Shown piece after piece: positions 31,776 through 45,190 of a DNA stretch of 64,000 nt. The notes beneath the pieces were generated by a model. The model was not told where the DNA came from, did not search any database, and worked only from the letters and a program-made list of their open reading frames with translations. A program made the position numbers and the translations under genes. Source of the stretch: Heteronotia binoei (lineage: Eukaryota); NCBI RefSeq assembly GCF_032191835.1, contig NC_083233.1:63302001-63366000 (forward strand), given 5' to 3'. The first letter of the stretch is position 1. Every line of letters starts with the position of its first letter.

Positions 31776-33169
31776 TTGCTCCCTGCCTTTTCTGTCCCCC
31801 ACCCATGGGATAAAGATACAAACTAGTCTCTTTGAGCACCATCTGCTGCTGTATTGTATTATTTACAGTTTTAATTGCTTTTAACTTAATTGCAAATGTT
31901 TTATTGGAAGTGTTGTTCACTGCCCTGAGCCCTGTTCACAGGAAAAGGCTGTTTAAAAGTAAAATATATAAGTAAATATTAATGTAGGTGCATTTAACTT
32001 GTGAACAGATTAACTTCAAAAAGCTTAACTTGCTCCAGCTCCAAGCCTGGTGAGAGGGAAGAAGAGAGGCCCTGTATATACAAAGAAACAGAAGGCAATT
32101 AATGGCCAGAGAGGCTCAAAATTTAACCTATGAGAGGGTCCAGCCAACTGCCAAATGTAAAGGAGCAAGATAATTCTCTTAACCCCTTCCCTTCCAGAGC
32201 CTCTTGCATGCAGAGTTAAATCTAACAAGTAGTACCAACAAGGTTTCCAGTGTATAAGCTTTTGAGAGTCAAAGGTCCCTCATTAGCTCCCTGCCATAGA
32301 GCTATATAAGACAGCACCCTGACACACTGTTCTGTAAGCTGTCTGTCCCATTACCCCCGTTTTGTTTTTGTTTTTTTGTCTCTTGAGGAAATACTGCCCC
32401 AGTAAGTCCTGGGGCCAGTTTGGTAGTGGTTAAGTGTGAGGACTCTTATCTGGGAGAACTGGGTGTGATTCCCCACTCTCTCCACATGCAGCTGCTGATG
32501 TGATCTTGAGTCAGTCACAAGTTCTCAAAGCTGTTCTGCTCAAGAGCAGTTTTGGGAGAGTTCTCTCAGCCCCACTTATCTCAGAGTGTCTTTTGTGGGG
32601 AGGTGAAGGGTAGGAGATTGAAAACTGCTCTGAGACTCCTTTGGGTAGTGAAGGGTGGAATATAAATCCAGTCTCTTGTCTTCTACTATGCCAACCCTGA
32701 TGCTGGCCACATGGACACACAGCATAATGAGAGATGAAATAGGGTAATGATGTGAAGTGCAAACCCTTTTTTAAAATGTTTCTTCAAAAAGTTGGTGCAA
32801 GCTATTTGGGCCAACCTTAAAGTATACTGGCTGCTAGACCTGCCAGTGCAGGCTCAAAATGGCACAGCAAAGAACATACTCGGTCTTGCACAAAAAGATA
32901 AAAGCAGTTAAAACATGTTTGAGCTAAACATTGAAGCAGGTGGCTTCAGGCCCTGAATTCTCAGCGTACAAAGCCCCCACTTTGATAACAAAAAGCTTAT
33001 GGATAAAGGGTCAGCATGGGAACTGAACCTCAAAAGATGCTCTGGAGGAATTTACTGGAGGAGAAAACTCAGGAATGAGTCACATTGGCTGCATTCAGAT
33101 TTTATGAGCAAACCTCAATTTGTAAAGCAAATGAGTCACTTCACTCTGTGCTGCTGCAGCAATTAATGA

Positions 33170-34892
33170 CATAGGGAAATGGCTGAGAAGCTAAATGAAT
33201 TTTTTGCCTCCGTCTTCACTGTGGAAGACGAGAACTTTCTGCCTGCCCCAGAACCACTAATTTCGGAAGGGGTGTTGAAAGACCTGAGTCAGATTGAGGT
33301 GACAAAAGAGGAGGTCCTACAACTGATAGACAAATTAAAAACTAATAAGTCACTGGGTCCGGATGGCATACATCCGAGAGTTCTGAAATAATTCAAAGTT
33401 GAGCTTGTGGATCTTCTAACAAAAATCTGTAATCTTTCATTGAAATCTGCTTCCGTTCCTGAGGACTGGAGGGTAACAAATGTCACCCCCATCTTTAAAA
33501 AGGGTTCCAGAGGAGATCCGGGAAATTACAGGCCAGTCAGTCTGACTTCAATACCGGGAAAGTTGGTAGAGACCATTATCAAGGACAGAGTGAGTAGGCA
33601 CATTGATGAACACGAGTTATTGAGGAAGATTCAGCATGGGTTCTGCAGGGGAAGATCTTGCCTCACTAACCTGTTACATTTCTTTGAGGGGGTGAACAAA
33701 CATGTGGACAAAGGAGACCCGATAGATGTTGTTTACCTTGACTTCCAGAAAGCTTTTGATAAAGTTCCTCATCAAAGGCTCCTTAGAAAGCTTGAGAGTC
33801 ATGGAGTAAAAGGACAGGTCCTCTTGTGGATCAAAAACTGGCTGAGTAATAGGAAGCAGAGAGTGAGTATAAATGGGCAGTCTTCGCAGTGGAGGATGGT
33901 AAGCAGTGGGGTGCCACAGGGCTTGGTACTGGGTCCCATGCTCTTTAACTTGTTCATAAATGATTTAGAGTTGGGAGTGAGCAGTGAAGTGGCCAAGTTT
34001 GCGGATGACACTAAATTGTTCAGGGTGGTGAGAACCAGAGAGGATTGAGAGGCACTCCAAAGGGATCTGTTGAGGCTGGGTGAGTGGGCGTCAACGTGGC
34101 AGATGCGGTTCAATGTGGCCAAGTGCAAAGTAATGCACATTGGGGCCAAGAATCCCAGCTACAAATACAAGTTGATGGGGTGTGAACTGGCAGAGACTGA
34201 CCAAGAGAGAAATCTTGGGGTCATGGTAGATAACTCACTGAAAATGTCAAGACAGTGTGCGATTGCAATAAAAAAGGCCAACGCCATGCTGGGAATTATT
34301 AGGAAGGGAATTGAAAACAAATCAGCCAGTATCATAATGCCCCTGTATAAATCGATGGTGCGGTCTCATTTGGAGTACTGTGTGCAGTTCTGGTCACCGC
34401 ACCTCAAAAAGGATATTATAGCATTGGAGAAAGTCCAGAAAAGGGCAACTAGAATGATTAAAGGGCTGGAGCACTTTCCCTATGAAAAAAGGTTGAAACG
34501 CTTGGGGCTCTTTAGCTTGGAGAAACATCGACTGCGGGGTGACATGATAGAGGTTTACAAGATAATGCATGGGATGGAGAAAGTAGAGAAAGAAGTACTT
34601 TTCTCCCTTTCTCACAATACAAGAACTCGTGGGCATTCGATGAAATTGCTGAGCAGTCGGGTTAAAACGGATAAAAGGAAGTACTTCTTCACCCAAAGGG
34701 TAATTATGTGGAATTCACTGCCACAGGAGGTGGCGGCGGCCACAAGTATAGCCACCTTCAAGGGGGGTTTCGATAAAAATATGGAGCACAGGTCCATCAG
34801 TGGCTATTAGCCACAGTGTGTGTATATATAGAGTGTTGGACTGGATGGGCCGTTGGCCTGATTCAACATGGCTTCTCTTATGTTCTTATGTT
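33170..34892 (+). mobile_element. 5'-truncated CR1 LINE (ORF2 RT region + 3'UTR)
   Basis: One reading frame 33179-34810 broken only by stops at 33389 and 34046 ([19 protein letters not shown]); tail CTTATGTTCTTATGTTC. Confidence 0.95.
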
Positions 34893-35866
34893 CTCTGAGG
34901 CTGCATTTTAGTTAAGAAAATGTATAAATGGGGAGATTAAACAAAAGAGCCCTACTGGATCAGACCAAAGGTCCAACTAGTCCAGCATCCTAATTCCTAC
35001 TGAAGCTACCTAGATACATCCAAAAGGCAGAGCACAAAGGCAACAGTCCTCTACTGCTGCTTCCCACCAACCTGGATTTAAAGATGTAGTATCTCTGAAC
35101 ATGGAGGCTCCATCTAACTATCATGGCAAATAACTATCGATAGACCTTTCCACCTTTTAGATTTATTTTTGGCAGTAAATTCCATAAGTTAGTCAAGCGT
35201 TGTGTGAAGAAATGCTTTTGTCTTTCTCAAATTCTATTTATTTAGACATTTATACCCCACTTTTCTCCACAATAGAGACCCTAAGGAGCTTACAACATGT
35301 CTCCATTTCATTTTACCCTCACGTCAACTACTTTGTCAGGTAGATTAGGCTGTGAAAGAGTGGCCAGCCCAAGGTCACCCAGTGAGCTCCATTGCAAAGA
35401 GGGGATTTGAATTTGAGTCTCCCAGATTCTAGTTGTACATTCTAACCACCATACTATACTTGCTCTCAATCTACTGGACCCTCAGTTTCATCAGGGCTCC
35501 CTGAGTTTTAGTGTGATGGGAGAGGTAGAAATAATCTTTATCCCTTTAATGTTTTACGCTGCTATCAAGTCCTTCCTTTTTTATCGAAATAAAATCTCCC
35601 TCATCAAGAGTATAAATTCTACATAAGGCAGCTCGGTTCAAGTTGATTGCTTAATTTTGGTCTACAAAAAGGTTTTTAACTGCCATGGATGATAAAGTGT
35701 TAAAGGGATAGGGTAAGCAAAAAGCCGCTTTTAGGGTGTTATATTTTAAAGGAGGAATGTTAGGAAACCAGCAGCCCTAACCTTGCTGGCCCAGATTAGC
35801 CTGATCTCATCAGATCTTGGAAACTAAGCAGGGTCAACCCTTGTTATTACTTAGATGGGAGACCAC

Positions 35867-36056
35867 CAGGGCTTTCTTTTAAAAGAAAAAGTCCAGCAGG
35901 AACTAATTTGCATATTAGGCCACACCCCTGATATCACCATTGTTTCACAATTTTTTTTTTAGAAAAAGCCCAGCATGAACTCATTTGCATGTTAGGCCAT
36001 ACCCCCTGATATCAAGCCAGCCAGAACTGTGTTCCTGCTAAAAAAAAAAAGCCCTG
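35867..36056. mobile_element. Related hAT MITE (type B, direct-repeated octamer unit) inserted in a 5S-SINE; also about 27500-27677, 29525-29633, 38245-38418, 57390-57580
   Basis: CAGGGC...GCCCTG termini; TSD GAGACCAC/GGGACCAC; two CAGGAACT.ATTTGCATATTAGGCCACACCC units. Confidence 0.85.
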
Positions 36057-37279
36057 GGGACCACTGAGAAAGTCCATGATCATTATGCAGAGTCATGGAA
36101 AGGGCAAACCACCTGTATAATCTCTTGCCTTGGAAACCTTGCAGGGTTGCCATAAGTTAACTTGACAGCATTTTACCAGAAAACTAGCAACAGGAATGGA
36201 CTCGGGAGTTAAAATGGCTCTGGAGCAAGCTGAGTGGCTTTGAGACCAGCTGCTTGGCTCAGTGGGACAAAAGCGGGCATCAGCTTAACCTCTGCAATGT
36301 CTCCCAGTTTGGTGTAGTGGTTAAATGCACTGACTCTTTATTTGGGAGAATGGAGTTTGATTCCCCACTCCTCCACTTGCAGCTGCTGGAATGGCCTTGG
36401 GTCTGCCATAGTTCTTGTAGGAGTTGCCCTTGAAAGGGCAGCTGCTGTAAGAGCTCTCTCAGCCCCATCTATTTCACAGGATGTCTGTTGTGGGAGGTGG
36501 GGAAGGTAAAGGAGATTGTGACGGCTCTGAGATTCAGAGTATACGGCAGGATATAAATCCATCATCATCATTTTCTTCTTCTTCTCCTCCTCCTCCACCT
36601 CCCCACCCCCTAACTGACAGAGGCACTGGAGGAGCCAACTGGTGAACTGACACCAATTGCTATTGCTGATGAAAGGTCTGGGCAAAGATTGAGGCAAGGT
36701 CTGGCTCCTTCTTGTGCATTGGCAAAATTGCTGTGATGTGACTCTACCTTCTCCTGGCTGCCAGCAGCCCTTTAGGGTAGCCTACTGGGAGGTTTTCCTG
36801 TTAGTCAAATGGCCAGTCCACACTTGACCACCAGCAATATACTGTACTGGATGGTATCTTGGCCATTGCTTTCAAAGAAATAATAGCAGGAAATATGGCC
36901 CAAAGAAATCACTCTAATAATTCAGTAAGTCTTGCTTATTAATTTCTGTCTCCTGTTACAAGATAACAGCTGGGTTTATTTGTATTATAAAATGAAAGAT
37001 TGCTATTGTTGCCGTCATGGACGATAACTGGGTAGAAGAGGCAAAAGGTTATCCTGGTGAATGCAACAAATATCCTATTTCTATTAAAAGAGATCCTGCT
37101 GGTTTATGATAAGAATACGAGAAACTATAGTGATTTCTTAACATATGTTAAATGCCCAGGGGAAACTTAAGCCATGGCATAAGAACATAAGAGAAACCAT
37201 GTTGTTTCAGGACAATGGCCCATCCAGTCCAATACTCTGTCACACAGTGGCAAAAAAAAAACAAAACTCGGGTGATAAG

Positions 37280-37473
37280 CACTGTTCCCTCTAAGTTGCA
37301 GAGTCTTGTGAGCAAAAATTCTGCTTTGTGAGCTCCTGGCATGAAAGTTGTGAGCTGCTGCATAAATTAGTGTGCTCTGGGGCCATTTTCCCTGTGCTAA
37401 GACAAAAATTTGTGAGCCAGAGGCTAAAAATCTGGGAGCTAGCTCACGCTAATTCAGCTTAGAGGGAACTGTG
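37280..37473. mobile_element. hAT-like MITE
   Basis: 19-bp TIR CACTGTTCCCTCTAAGTTG/CAGCTTAGAGGGAACTGTG; 8-bp flanks GTGATAAG/GTGGCAAG. Confidence 0.75.
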
Positions 37474-40400
37474 GTGGCAAGATATTAAAGATGAAGGAGC
37501 TGTTATGCCGGGGCATTTTTTTGTATCAGGAACTCCTTTGCATTTTAGGCCACACACCCCCTGATGTAGCCAATACTCCAGGAGCTTACAGTAGGTCCTG
37601 TAATAATCGCCCTGTAAGCTCTTGGAGGATTGGCTGAATAAGAGGGGTGTGGCCTAATATGCAAAGGAGTTCCTGCTACAAAAAAGCCCTGCTACTATAT
37701 TACCAATCAGCTTCAAGACTGCACTGATGGAACCTGCTTTGCTTACAGAAGGTCTCCAGGTTCAACCCCTGGCACCTCAGGTAACAGGTGCTGGAAAAAA
37801 ATGTTCTCTGCCTGACAACAGTGGTAACAGGGAGTGTCCTTGCTCCACCCATTTTGCTAGAGTGTAACAGTCAAATTCCACCCATACTATGCCCAAATTC
37901 CTAGGAATCAAGCTTGTCTTGGAAATAAGCAGGGCTGTGTATTCTGCACCAGTGTGGAAGAAATGTTGGGAGCAGAATTCTGTTTGCAAAGAATGCTAGC
38001 TTCTTTGAAGACCAAACAAATTCATAGCTTTTGTGACTTTGTAAAAAAGCAGGATCAGATATGGCAAACAATGTGAAACAATGATGACATCAGAGGGTGT
38101 AGCCTAATGTTTATAAAAGCATTGCAGGTTTCAAGAAATGTTCCCAGACATTGGATTTTTCATTTATTTTTTTATTTTAAAAAACCCACGCACATGGTCC
38201 TGAAGTTTAGTACTTATTTAAAACCAGGGCTTTATATATATATATATAGAGAGAGAGAGAGAATGCTCAGGAACACAGTCCTGGCTGGCTTGGTGTCAGA
38301 AGGTGTGGCCTAATATGTAAATGAGTTCCCTGCACAAAACAATGGTTATGCCAGGGGGTGTGGCTTAATATGCAAATAAGTTCCTGATCGACTTTTTCCT
38401 ACAAAAAAAAGGTCCTGTTTAAAATGAAGTGTCCTGTGGGATCTGAAGATTTCACTGAGGCTGCCATGCCTGTGATGTAATGGTTGGACTGTCAGATCTG
38501 GACTGGGGAGCTAAGAGTTTTGATCTCCATTTGGTTATGCAGTTTTGTGGGAAACAGTTATTCTCAATCTAACCAACATTGTTGCAAGGCAAGGAGAAGC
38601 ATGTATCCTGCCCTGCATGAAGGGTGACATTCAAATCGCTACTCAGTAGTATACCATAATCTTAAGCATACTGGTGGCCAACTCCCTCTCAACCAAACCT
38701 ACCTCAAAGAATTGCTGTGAGCACAAAATGGAAGCCAGCGGAAACTGATAGATTAAAAAGGATTAATTGAGTATCTATATGGCCCCGCAGATGACATTAT
38801 TTACACAAAAACTGGAGGTGCGGAAACCTCTCCAGATTTTCAGGAAAACACACCAGTTTCTTTGATGCCAAGATTTATTTTGACACTGTTACAACCTTCC
38901 TTTGAATTCCTTATGTGACTCTGGCTAAGGCAGTAAAAAAAGGCCTAGGAACAGATTAGCTAAAATTCATAAAAGGAAGAAAAGAAGTATAGCATAATGT
39001 AATGGTTAGGCAACGCACTGGGTGACATTGAACCAATCGCTGCCCCTCAAACTTGTATGGCTGTTGTGTTCTCTTGACCTTGAGGTTCATCAAGGAATGG
39101 TGTGGCAGAAATTTGTCTGGAAAAAAAGTGACTACTGTCAGATTCCTTGAGTTTGAGGTGGAAGGAATCAGATTTTTCACACGTAAGTTACCTTGTACCA
39201 AGCTGAATCCATGGCACTTGAGATTGGCATTCTTGGCCAAGATCTTCTGAGTGTGCACAAAGGATTATGGGGAACTAAAGGCAGGGAAGTTGAGGGTTGC
39301 AAACAAAATCCTTAAAATGCCACTGGACAATGCATGTTGGTGAAGTGATTCATTGCAGAAGGATTCATTCTGTGTTTAAGGGCTGGAGGAGAATGGTACA
39401 ATAAGACTTGGGTCTCTAAGCAATCTCATACCTTCCTAGTTGCCATGGCAAGTTTTATCCGATGACGTCCTGCACAGAAATTGTCCTGCACTTTCAACTG
39501 ACGTCTACAGTAGAGAGCAGAAGAGGTCAGATGGACAGTCCCCTCCTGTAGAGAGTCGGCAAGGCACAAAACTCCCTTAAAAGCACAGACAAAGAGGGTC
39601 TGCCGGTCTGTTCAGAACTGGGGTAAAGGCTGGTTGATGAAAAGATTTCCGCTTAACCAGCCACAAGGTTCTCTCTTGTGTTTTCTGCAACAGATTAGCA
39701 CGGCTTCCTTTCTGGAATGTGCGGCTGTACACATTTATCTCAGCATCCAACATTGACTTTTGTTATATTGATTGGGGGGGGGGGAGAATCAAATGCAACT
39801 GCTTAAAGGGGTGGGGGGTCTTCTAAAGACCAGATGCATGACAAATACATGTGTGCAGGAAGAGGAAATGTTGCCTTAAACATCCTGACACAAACGTGAT
39901 GGAGTCTTTCCTTTTCCTTTTGACTGCTGACGGGTGCATTTCCCTTCTTTTCTCCGGCTGAGTCTTCTCTGGAGGGTACAGTCAAAAATCCACGAAATGC
40001 TTCATTTAGCAGGAACAAAACAGAGCAGACCAAATCCTTTATTTAGAGCAGCAAGACCATGAGGCCAATGGGGTGGGGGGGAGCAAGGGGCTATTGTTGA
40101 TTGTCAAAGGAACTCGAGGGAAAGCTACAAGATGCGGTCTTTGAAGGAGCTCTTTTAGAAACAGCTGGCAGCCCGTGATAAAATGGAATCAAAGCACTTT
40201 GTGTGGGAGTTTTCAGCACACGTGTTTATGAGTGCTAATAATCAGGCTGCACCGTTTAATGGATTCATGAGTGCATCAATTAAAATACACACTGATCAGA
40301 TAAGAATATTGTTCCCTATTAAAGCAGCAACAGAGTTTTTAAAAGCATCTTTTAAATAAACATTTATTTTCAAAGGGTAGCTGTGTTGGTTTGCCAGTTG

Positions 40401-41040
40401 AACAGCTAGATTTGAGTCCAGCAGCACCTTTGAGCCCAAAAAGATTTCGGAGGCATGAACACTGACTCTTGAAAACTCATCCCCCACCACCCAAAAAAAT
40501 CTCGCTGGTGGTCTAACTATAAAAAAATAGTTGTTATATTTTATGTTTAATAAAGGAACTTTTTAAAAAACCTCCGTTTTCATAAAGTACATTTAAAACA
40601 ATTAGATGCTTTTATTTGGTACAATTATAACATTTCCAGAGGGCACATACAGGATACGGTCGCTCTTCCTAATCTTGAAAATCTGTCTTTTTCAGTTGTT
40701 CCTTCGATCAGGGAGCAAATGTATGCAACACAAAATGATGTGTTAAGCTGAAAGTAAACATTATTCTTGGTGCTTGGGGGAACAACAGTGGGAGAGCTTC
40801 TGGAACTCTAGCCCTGCTGCTGGACCTCCTGATGACACCTGGGTTTTGGCCACTGTGTGACACAGAATGTTGGACAGAATATTGGCCATTGGCCTGATCC
40901 AACTTGGCTTTTCTCTTATGTTCTTACAGACAAGGTATGTAACTCCAAAATGTTTAAAGAAGCCTTGGAACATTAAAGTCAAAGGTCACCTGGGAAGACA
41001 ACTACATCTTAATACTGCATTTTCCCACTATATAGAAAAA

Positions 41041-41140
41041 TGTCATGTGTAGGGCATGTTACTGTCATGTGTAGGGCATGGAATCCTGTTACTGTCATGT
41101 GTAGGGCATGTTACTGTCATGCGTAGGGCATGGAATCTTA
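41041..41140. repeat. Minisatellite, 22/30-bp alternating units
   Basis: TGTTACTGTCATGTGTAGGGCA repeated four times, every second unit with extra TGGAATC. Confidence 0.85.
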
Positions 41141-41550
41141 TTAGATGTAGTAGAAATCCTTGCATCCACCCTATGAATACTCACATGGAGTAAAGGCAGT
41201 GAAATATATGAATATGCATTTATTTATTTATATCCTATTCTTCTCTCCAGCTGGGCCTTAAAGCCGCTTATAACATTATTCTCCCCTTTTCCATTTCTTA
41301 CAACACCCCCGTGAGGTGGGTCAGGATTAGAGTCTGTGATGGGCAGCAAATATCCTTTGGAGAGCCATTTCCCCTTCATTCATGAGGAATCCCTTTTCTA
41401 ACACAGCCCCTGTTTTGATAAGCATGTATGTCTTCTAATGCTTTGAGAAACCAAGTTTGGCCTGACGGATGCTTCCCAGTTTTGAATTTTAATGGTGCCA
41501 TAATCCAGAGTTACAGCTATCCAAGCCCACTGACTTCAATGGGTTTAGAA

Positions 41551-41846
41551 CAGGGGTGGCCAAACTTGCTTAACTTAAGAGCCACATAGAATTAACGTCA
41601 GATGTTTGAGAGCTGCAAGACATGAGCATCAAATGTTTGAGAGAAGGGAGGAGGGGAGGTGGAAAGAAAGTAGCTTTAATTTTAAATGCATTCTCCAAGC
41701 TGTAGGCTAACTTGGCTTGGCGAAGTGATTTCAAGAGAGAAATGCCTTCTCCAAGCTGGCCGATAGGGCAGTGGGGGCTTAGAGAGCCACACATTATGTG
41801 TGAAAGAGCCATATGTGGCTCCCAAGCTGCAATTTGGTCACTCCTG
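41551..41846. mobile_element. hAT-Charlie-type MITE
   Basis: TIR CAGGGGTGGCCAAA/TTTGGTCACTCCTG; TSD GTTTAGAA/GTCTAGAA (nTCTAGAn target). Confidence 0.85.
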
Positions 41847-42511
41847 GTCTAGAAGGATGCAACTCTCTTTAGGATGCCACTGTAATACAGCTAGATCTGA
41901 ATCCACTACACTAACAAGATTTTCAGACTATGAGCTTTCAAATGTAGAAACTCCCTTCATCAGACAGCATAAAAAACTAACTTCTGCAAGACGGTGATTT
42001 TTTTAAAAAAGTGTGCCGTTGAGATTAATTTTTAAATATTGTCAGTGGTTTCTAAACTTGTGATGGTGGAAGGAGAGGGGAAGGCTGCAGATCTGTTGCC
42101 TCTTAAGAAGTCAATGCAACAATCCCTTTCTTTCAGTTTTTAAAAAGTGTAAATGATGATCTTGAGACATAAACAATCCAATCAACAAAGTTGGTTTTGA
42201 TAGAGTTCTCCTTTGCAAGCATACATTTAAATAACAAATTTACAGTTTCAAAAATCATGTTCTTTTATCTTTCCCCTTGCCAGAATTGCAATTGTAGTAT
42301 AGAAAATGCTCATTCACCAAGAATACACAATATCACAGTATGGTGCAGTATGCTGTTCTAATATCACAGCATGCTGCAGAGACTATAGGCATAGATGGAC
42401 TTCGATGAGATCACATCTTTGGGCATTACTCAGCCTGGAATGAGCATTACTTAGCTAGTCACAGCGTATCAGCTTAACTGACCTCACAAGGTTGTTGTAG
42501 GGATCAAATGA

Positions 42512-43350
42512 ATCATAGAATCATAGAGCTGGACGGGACCTCTAGGGTCATCTAGTCCAACCCCCTGCACAATGCAGGAAACTCACAAACACCTCCCCCT
42601 AAATTCACAGGATCTTCATTGCTGTCAGATGGCCATCTAGCTTCTGTTTAAAAACCTCCAAGGAAGGAGAGCCCACCACCTCCCGAGGAAGCCTGTTCCA
42701 CTGAGGAATCACTCTAACGGTCAGGAAGTTCTTCCTAACATTGAGCCGGAAACTCTTCTGATTTAATTTCAACCCATTGGTTCCGGTCCTACCTTCCGGG
42801 GCCACAGAAAACAATTCCACACCATCCTCTATATGACAGCCCTTCAAGTACTTGAAGATGGTGATCATATCACCTCTCAGCCGCCTAATCTCCAGGCTAA
42901 ACATGCCCTGCTCCTTCAACCTTTCCTCATAGGACTTAGTCTCCAGACTCCTCACCATCTTCATCGCCCTCCTCTGGATCCGTTCCAGCTTGTCTATATC
43001 CTTAAAATGTGGTGCCCAAAACTGAACACAATACTCCAGGTGAGGTCTTACCAGAGCAGAGTAAAGTGATACCATCACATCACGTGATCTGGACACTATA
43101 CTTCTGTTGATACAGCCCAAAATTGCATTTGCCTTTTTAGCCACCGCATCACACTGTTGACCCATGTTCAGAGTATGATCCACTAAGACCCCTAGATCCT
43201 TTTTGCACATACTATTGCTAAGACAAGTCTCCCCCGTCCTATAACCATGCATTGGATTTTTCCTACCTAAATGCAGAACTTTACATTTATCCCTGTTAAA
43301 ATTCATTTTATTGATTTTAGCCCAGTTTTCCAGCCTGTCAAGGTCATCCT
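42512..43350 (-). mobile_element. CR1 LINE 3' fragment nested in an old SINE
   Basis: ORF 42605-43306 (HLEYCVQFWAP, RRLRGDMI); (ATTCTATG)n tail at 42512-42525; flanks rejoin as a Squam3/MIR-like SINE. Confidence 0.93.
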
Positions 43351-43624
43351 ATATCCTGTTTCTGTCTTCAATGGAAGAGGAAAGAACAGTATAAACTACT
43401 GTGTATCTTCCTGGGAAGAAAGGCAGAGTGTAAGTGAATTATGTAAATTGCTGGCTCCACTTGAATCTTGGGAATAATTCCAAAGGAAGAAGAGATGGGA
43501 TTTATACCCTGCCCTTTGCTACCAAAGGAGTCTCAGAAAGGCTTACAATCTCCTTTCCCTTCCCCTCCCTTCAATAGACACCCTGTGAGGTAGGTGGAGC
43601 TGAGAGAGCTCTAACAGAAACTGC

Positions 43625-43806
43625 CAGGGCCAGATCTAGAGGTGGGGGGACAGAGAGGGGTGCTTGTCCTGGGTGCTGACGGAGGGGGTTGCCAAATTGG
43701 GTATGAAGTCCATTGTATTCTTTGGGACCATAAGATAGAATGGCCCATAAGGGGGCGTCATTTTTTAATTTGGCCCCCCCCTTAAAAACATGTAAATCCG
43801 TTCCTG
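43625..43806. mobile_element. hAT MITE nested in a Squam3-like SINE
   Basis: Exact 8-bp TSD GAAACTGC (43617-43624, 43807-43814), imperfect TIRs CAGGGCCAGAT/ATCCGTTCCTG. Confidence 0.85.
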
Positions 43807-44609
43807 GAAACTGCTCTTGAGAGGAACAGCTCTGTGAGAACTTGAGATTGACTCAAGGTCACATCAGCAGGTGAATATGGAGGAGTGGGGAATCAAACCT
43901 GGTTCTCCCAGATAAGAGTCCGTGCACTTAACTGCTACACCAAGTGGTCCTTCTGGCCTCTCCTTACCAGTGGAATGAGGAGCAAATTGTCAAGCTCATC
44001 CTGGACAGGCACATTACAACCACTTGCCCCCAAGCTTGGACATGGACCTTTGTGTCTGGGCTTGGGTCCTCTGGCTAGGGCTACATAAGGAGCAAATCCT
44101 CCTCTTCCTTTGGAAACTGAAACCATCCTCCTTCCCAAAGCAAACAGCTGATCTTGGCATTCCTGTCTCCTTGGCAGAGATGTTGAGAAGAACCCAGGAG
44201 ACAAGAGCTTTGAATCAACACGGAATGCCTGTTCTGAAGCAGCTGCCTCTTGGTAGGTCCTGAAACACTCCAACATTTGGAGGGAACCTCCCAACATTCT
44301 AATACTGGCGGCTCTACCTCAGGGCAGCCATTTTGCGGTGGAATCTTCTACCCTTTCTCAGCATGCCTGAAATGCCAACAGATTCAACAAAGATTGGGAA
44401 GTTCTGCGCTGGCAAATATACAGCCCGATCCTACATATATTTTATTCAGAAGTAATTTATATCCCACTTTTTGTGTCTTGTTGTTTGCTTCCACTGAAAA
44501 TCTTATCTTTTGATTTCTATATTTCTTTTCTTTTAATGTACAAAGTTATAGAGTTTAAAAGACAACAGGATGGGGGAGTTAAAAATCCTTAAGAGATCAC
44601 CGAGCAATG

Positions 44610-45190
44610 TTACCTTATGCCCATGTGTGTGAAATGATGCTACAACGCTTTGGTTGAGTCACCCCCCCCAAGGACTGCAACAATCTCAGAAGTAAAGGTA
44701 ATGAAGGAGCTAGAAAAGATTCTTAAGTGTAAGGGTCACTGGCAACCAAGATCAAGTTAATTCATGCCATAGTATTCCCATCACTATATACGGGCATGCA
44801 AGTTGTACAGTGAAGAAAGCTGACAGGAAAAAAGTGGATTCCTTTAAAATGTGGTATTAGAGGAGACTTCTATGGATACCATTGCCTGCCAGAAAGACAA
44901 ATAAGTGGATTCTAAATCAAAATCAAGCCTGAACTCTCCCTAAAAGCTAAAATGACCAAACTGAGGCTATTGAACTTTGCTCACATGATGAGAAGACAAG
45001 AGTCCCCAGAAACGACAATAATACTAGGAAAAGCTGAAGGTATCAGGAAAAGAAAAGACCCAACATGAGATGGATTGACTTGAATAAAGGAAACCGTGAC
45101 CTTCAGTTTGCAAGACCTGAGCAAAGTTATCAAAGAAGTAATTAATTCATAGGGTCGGTATAAATCACAAGCAACTTGATAGCACTTAGC
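44610..45190 (+). mobile_element. Degenerate RTE-clade LINE 3' fragment
   Basis: Similar to the C-terminal ORF region of the BovB copy at 62150-62640 (ccatagtattccc, gtggtattagaggagact, atgagatggatt). Confidence 0.75.

Noticed and set aside
38956-39258. ORFs on both strands that looked like a possible exon
   Set aside because: No recognisable protein similarity or consistent splice pair
41041-41140. CRISPR-like spaced repeat
   Set aside because: Eukaryotic minisatellite with no unique spacers
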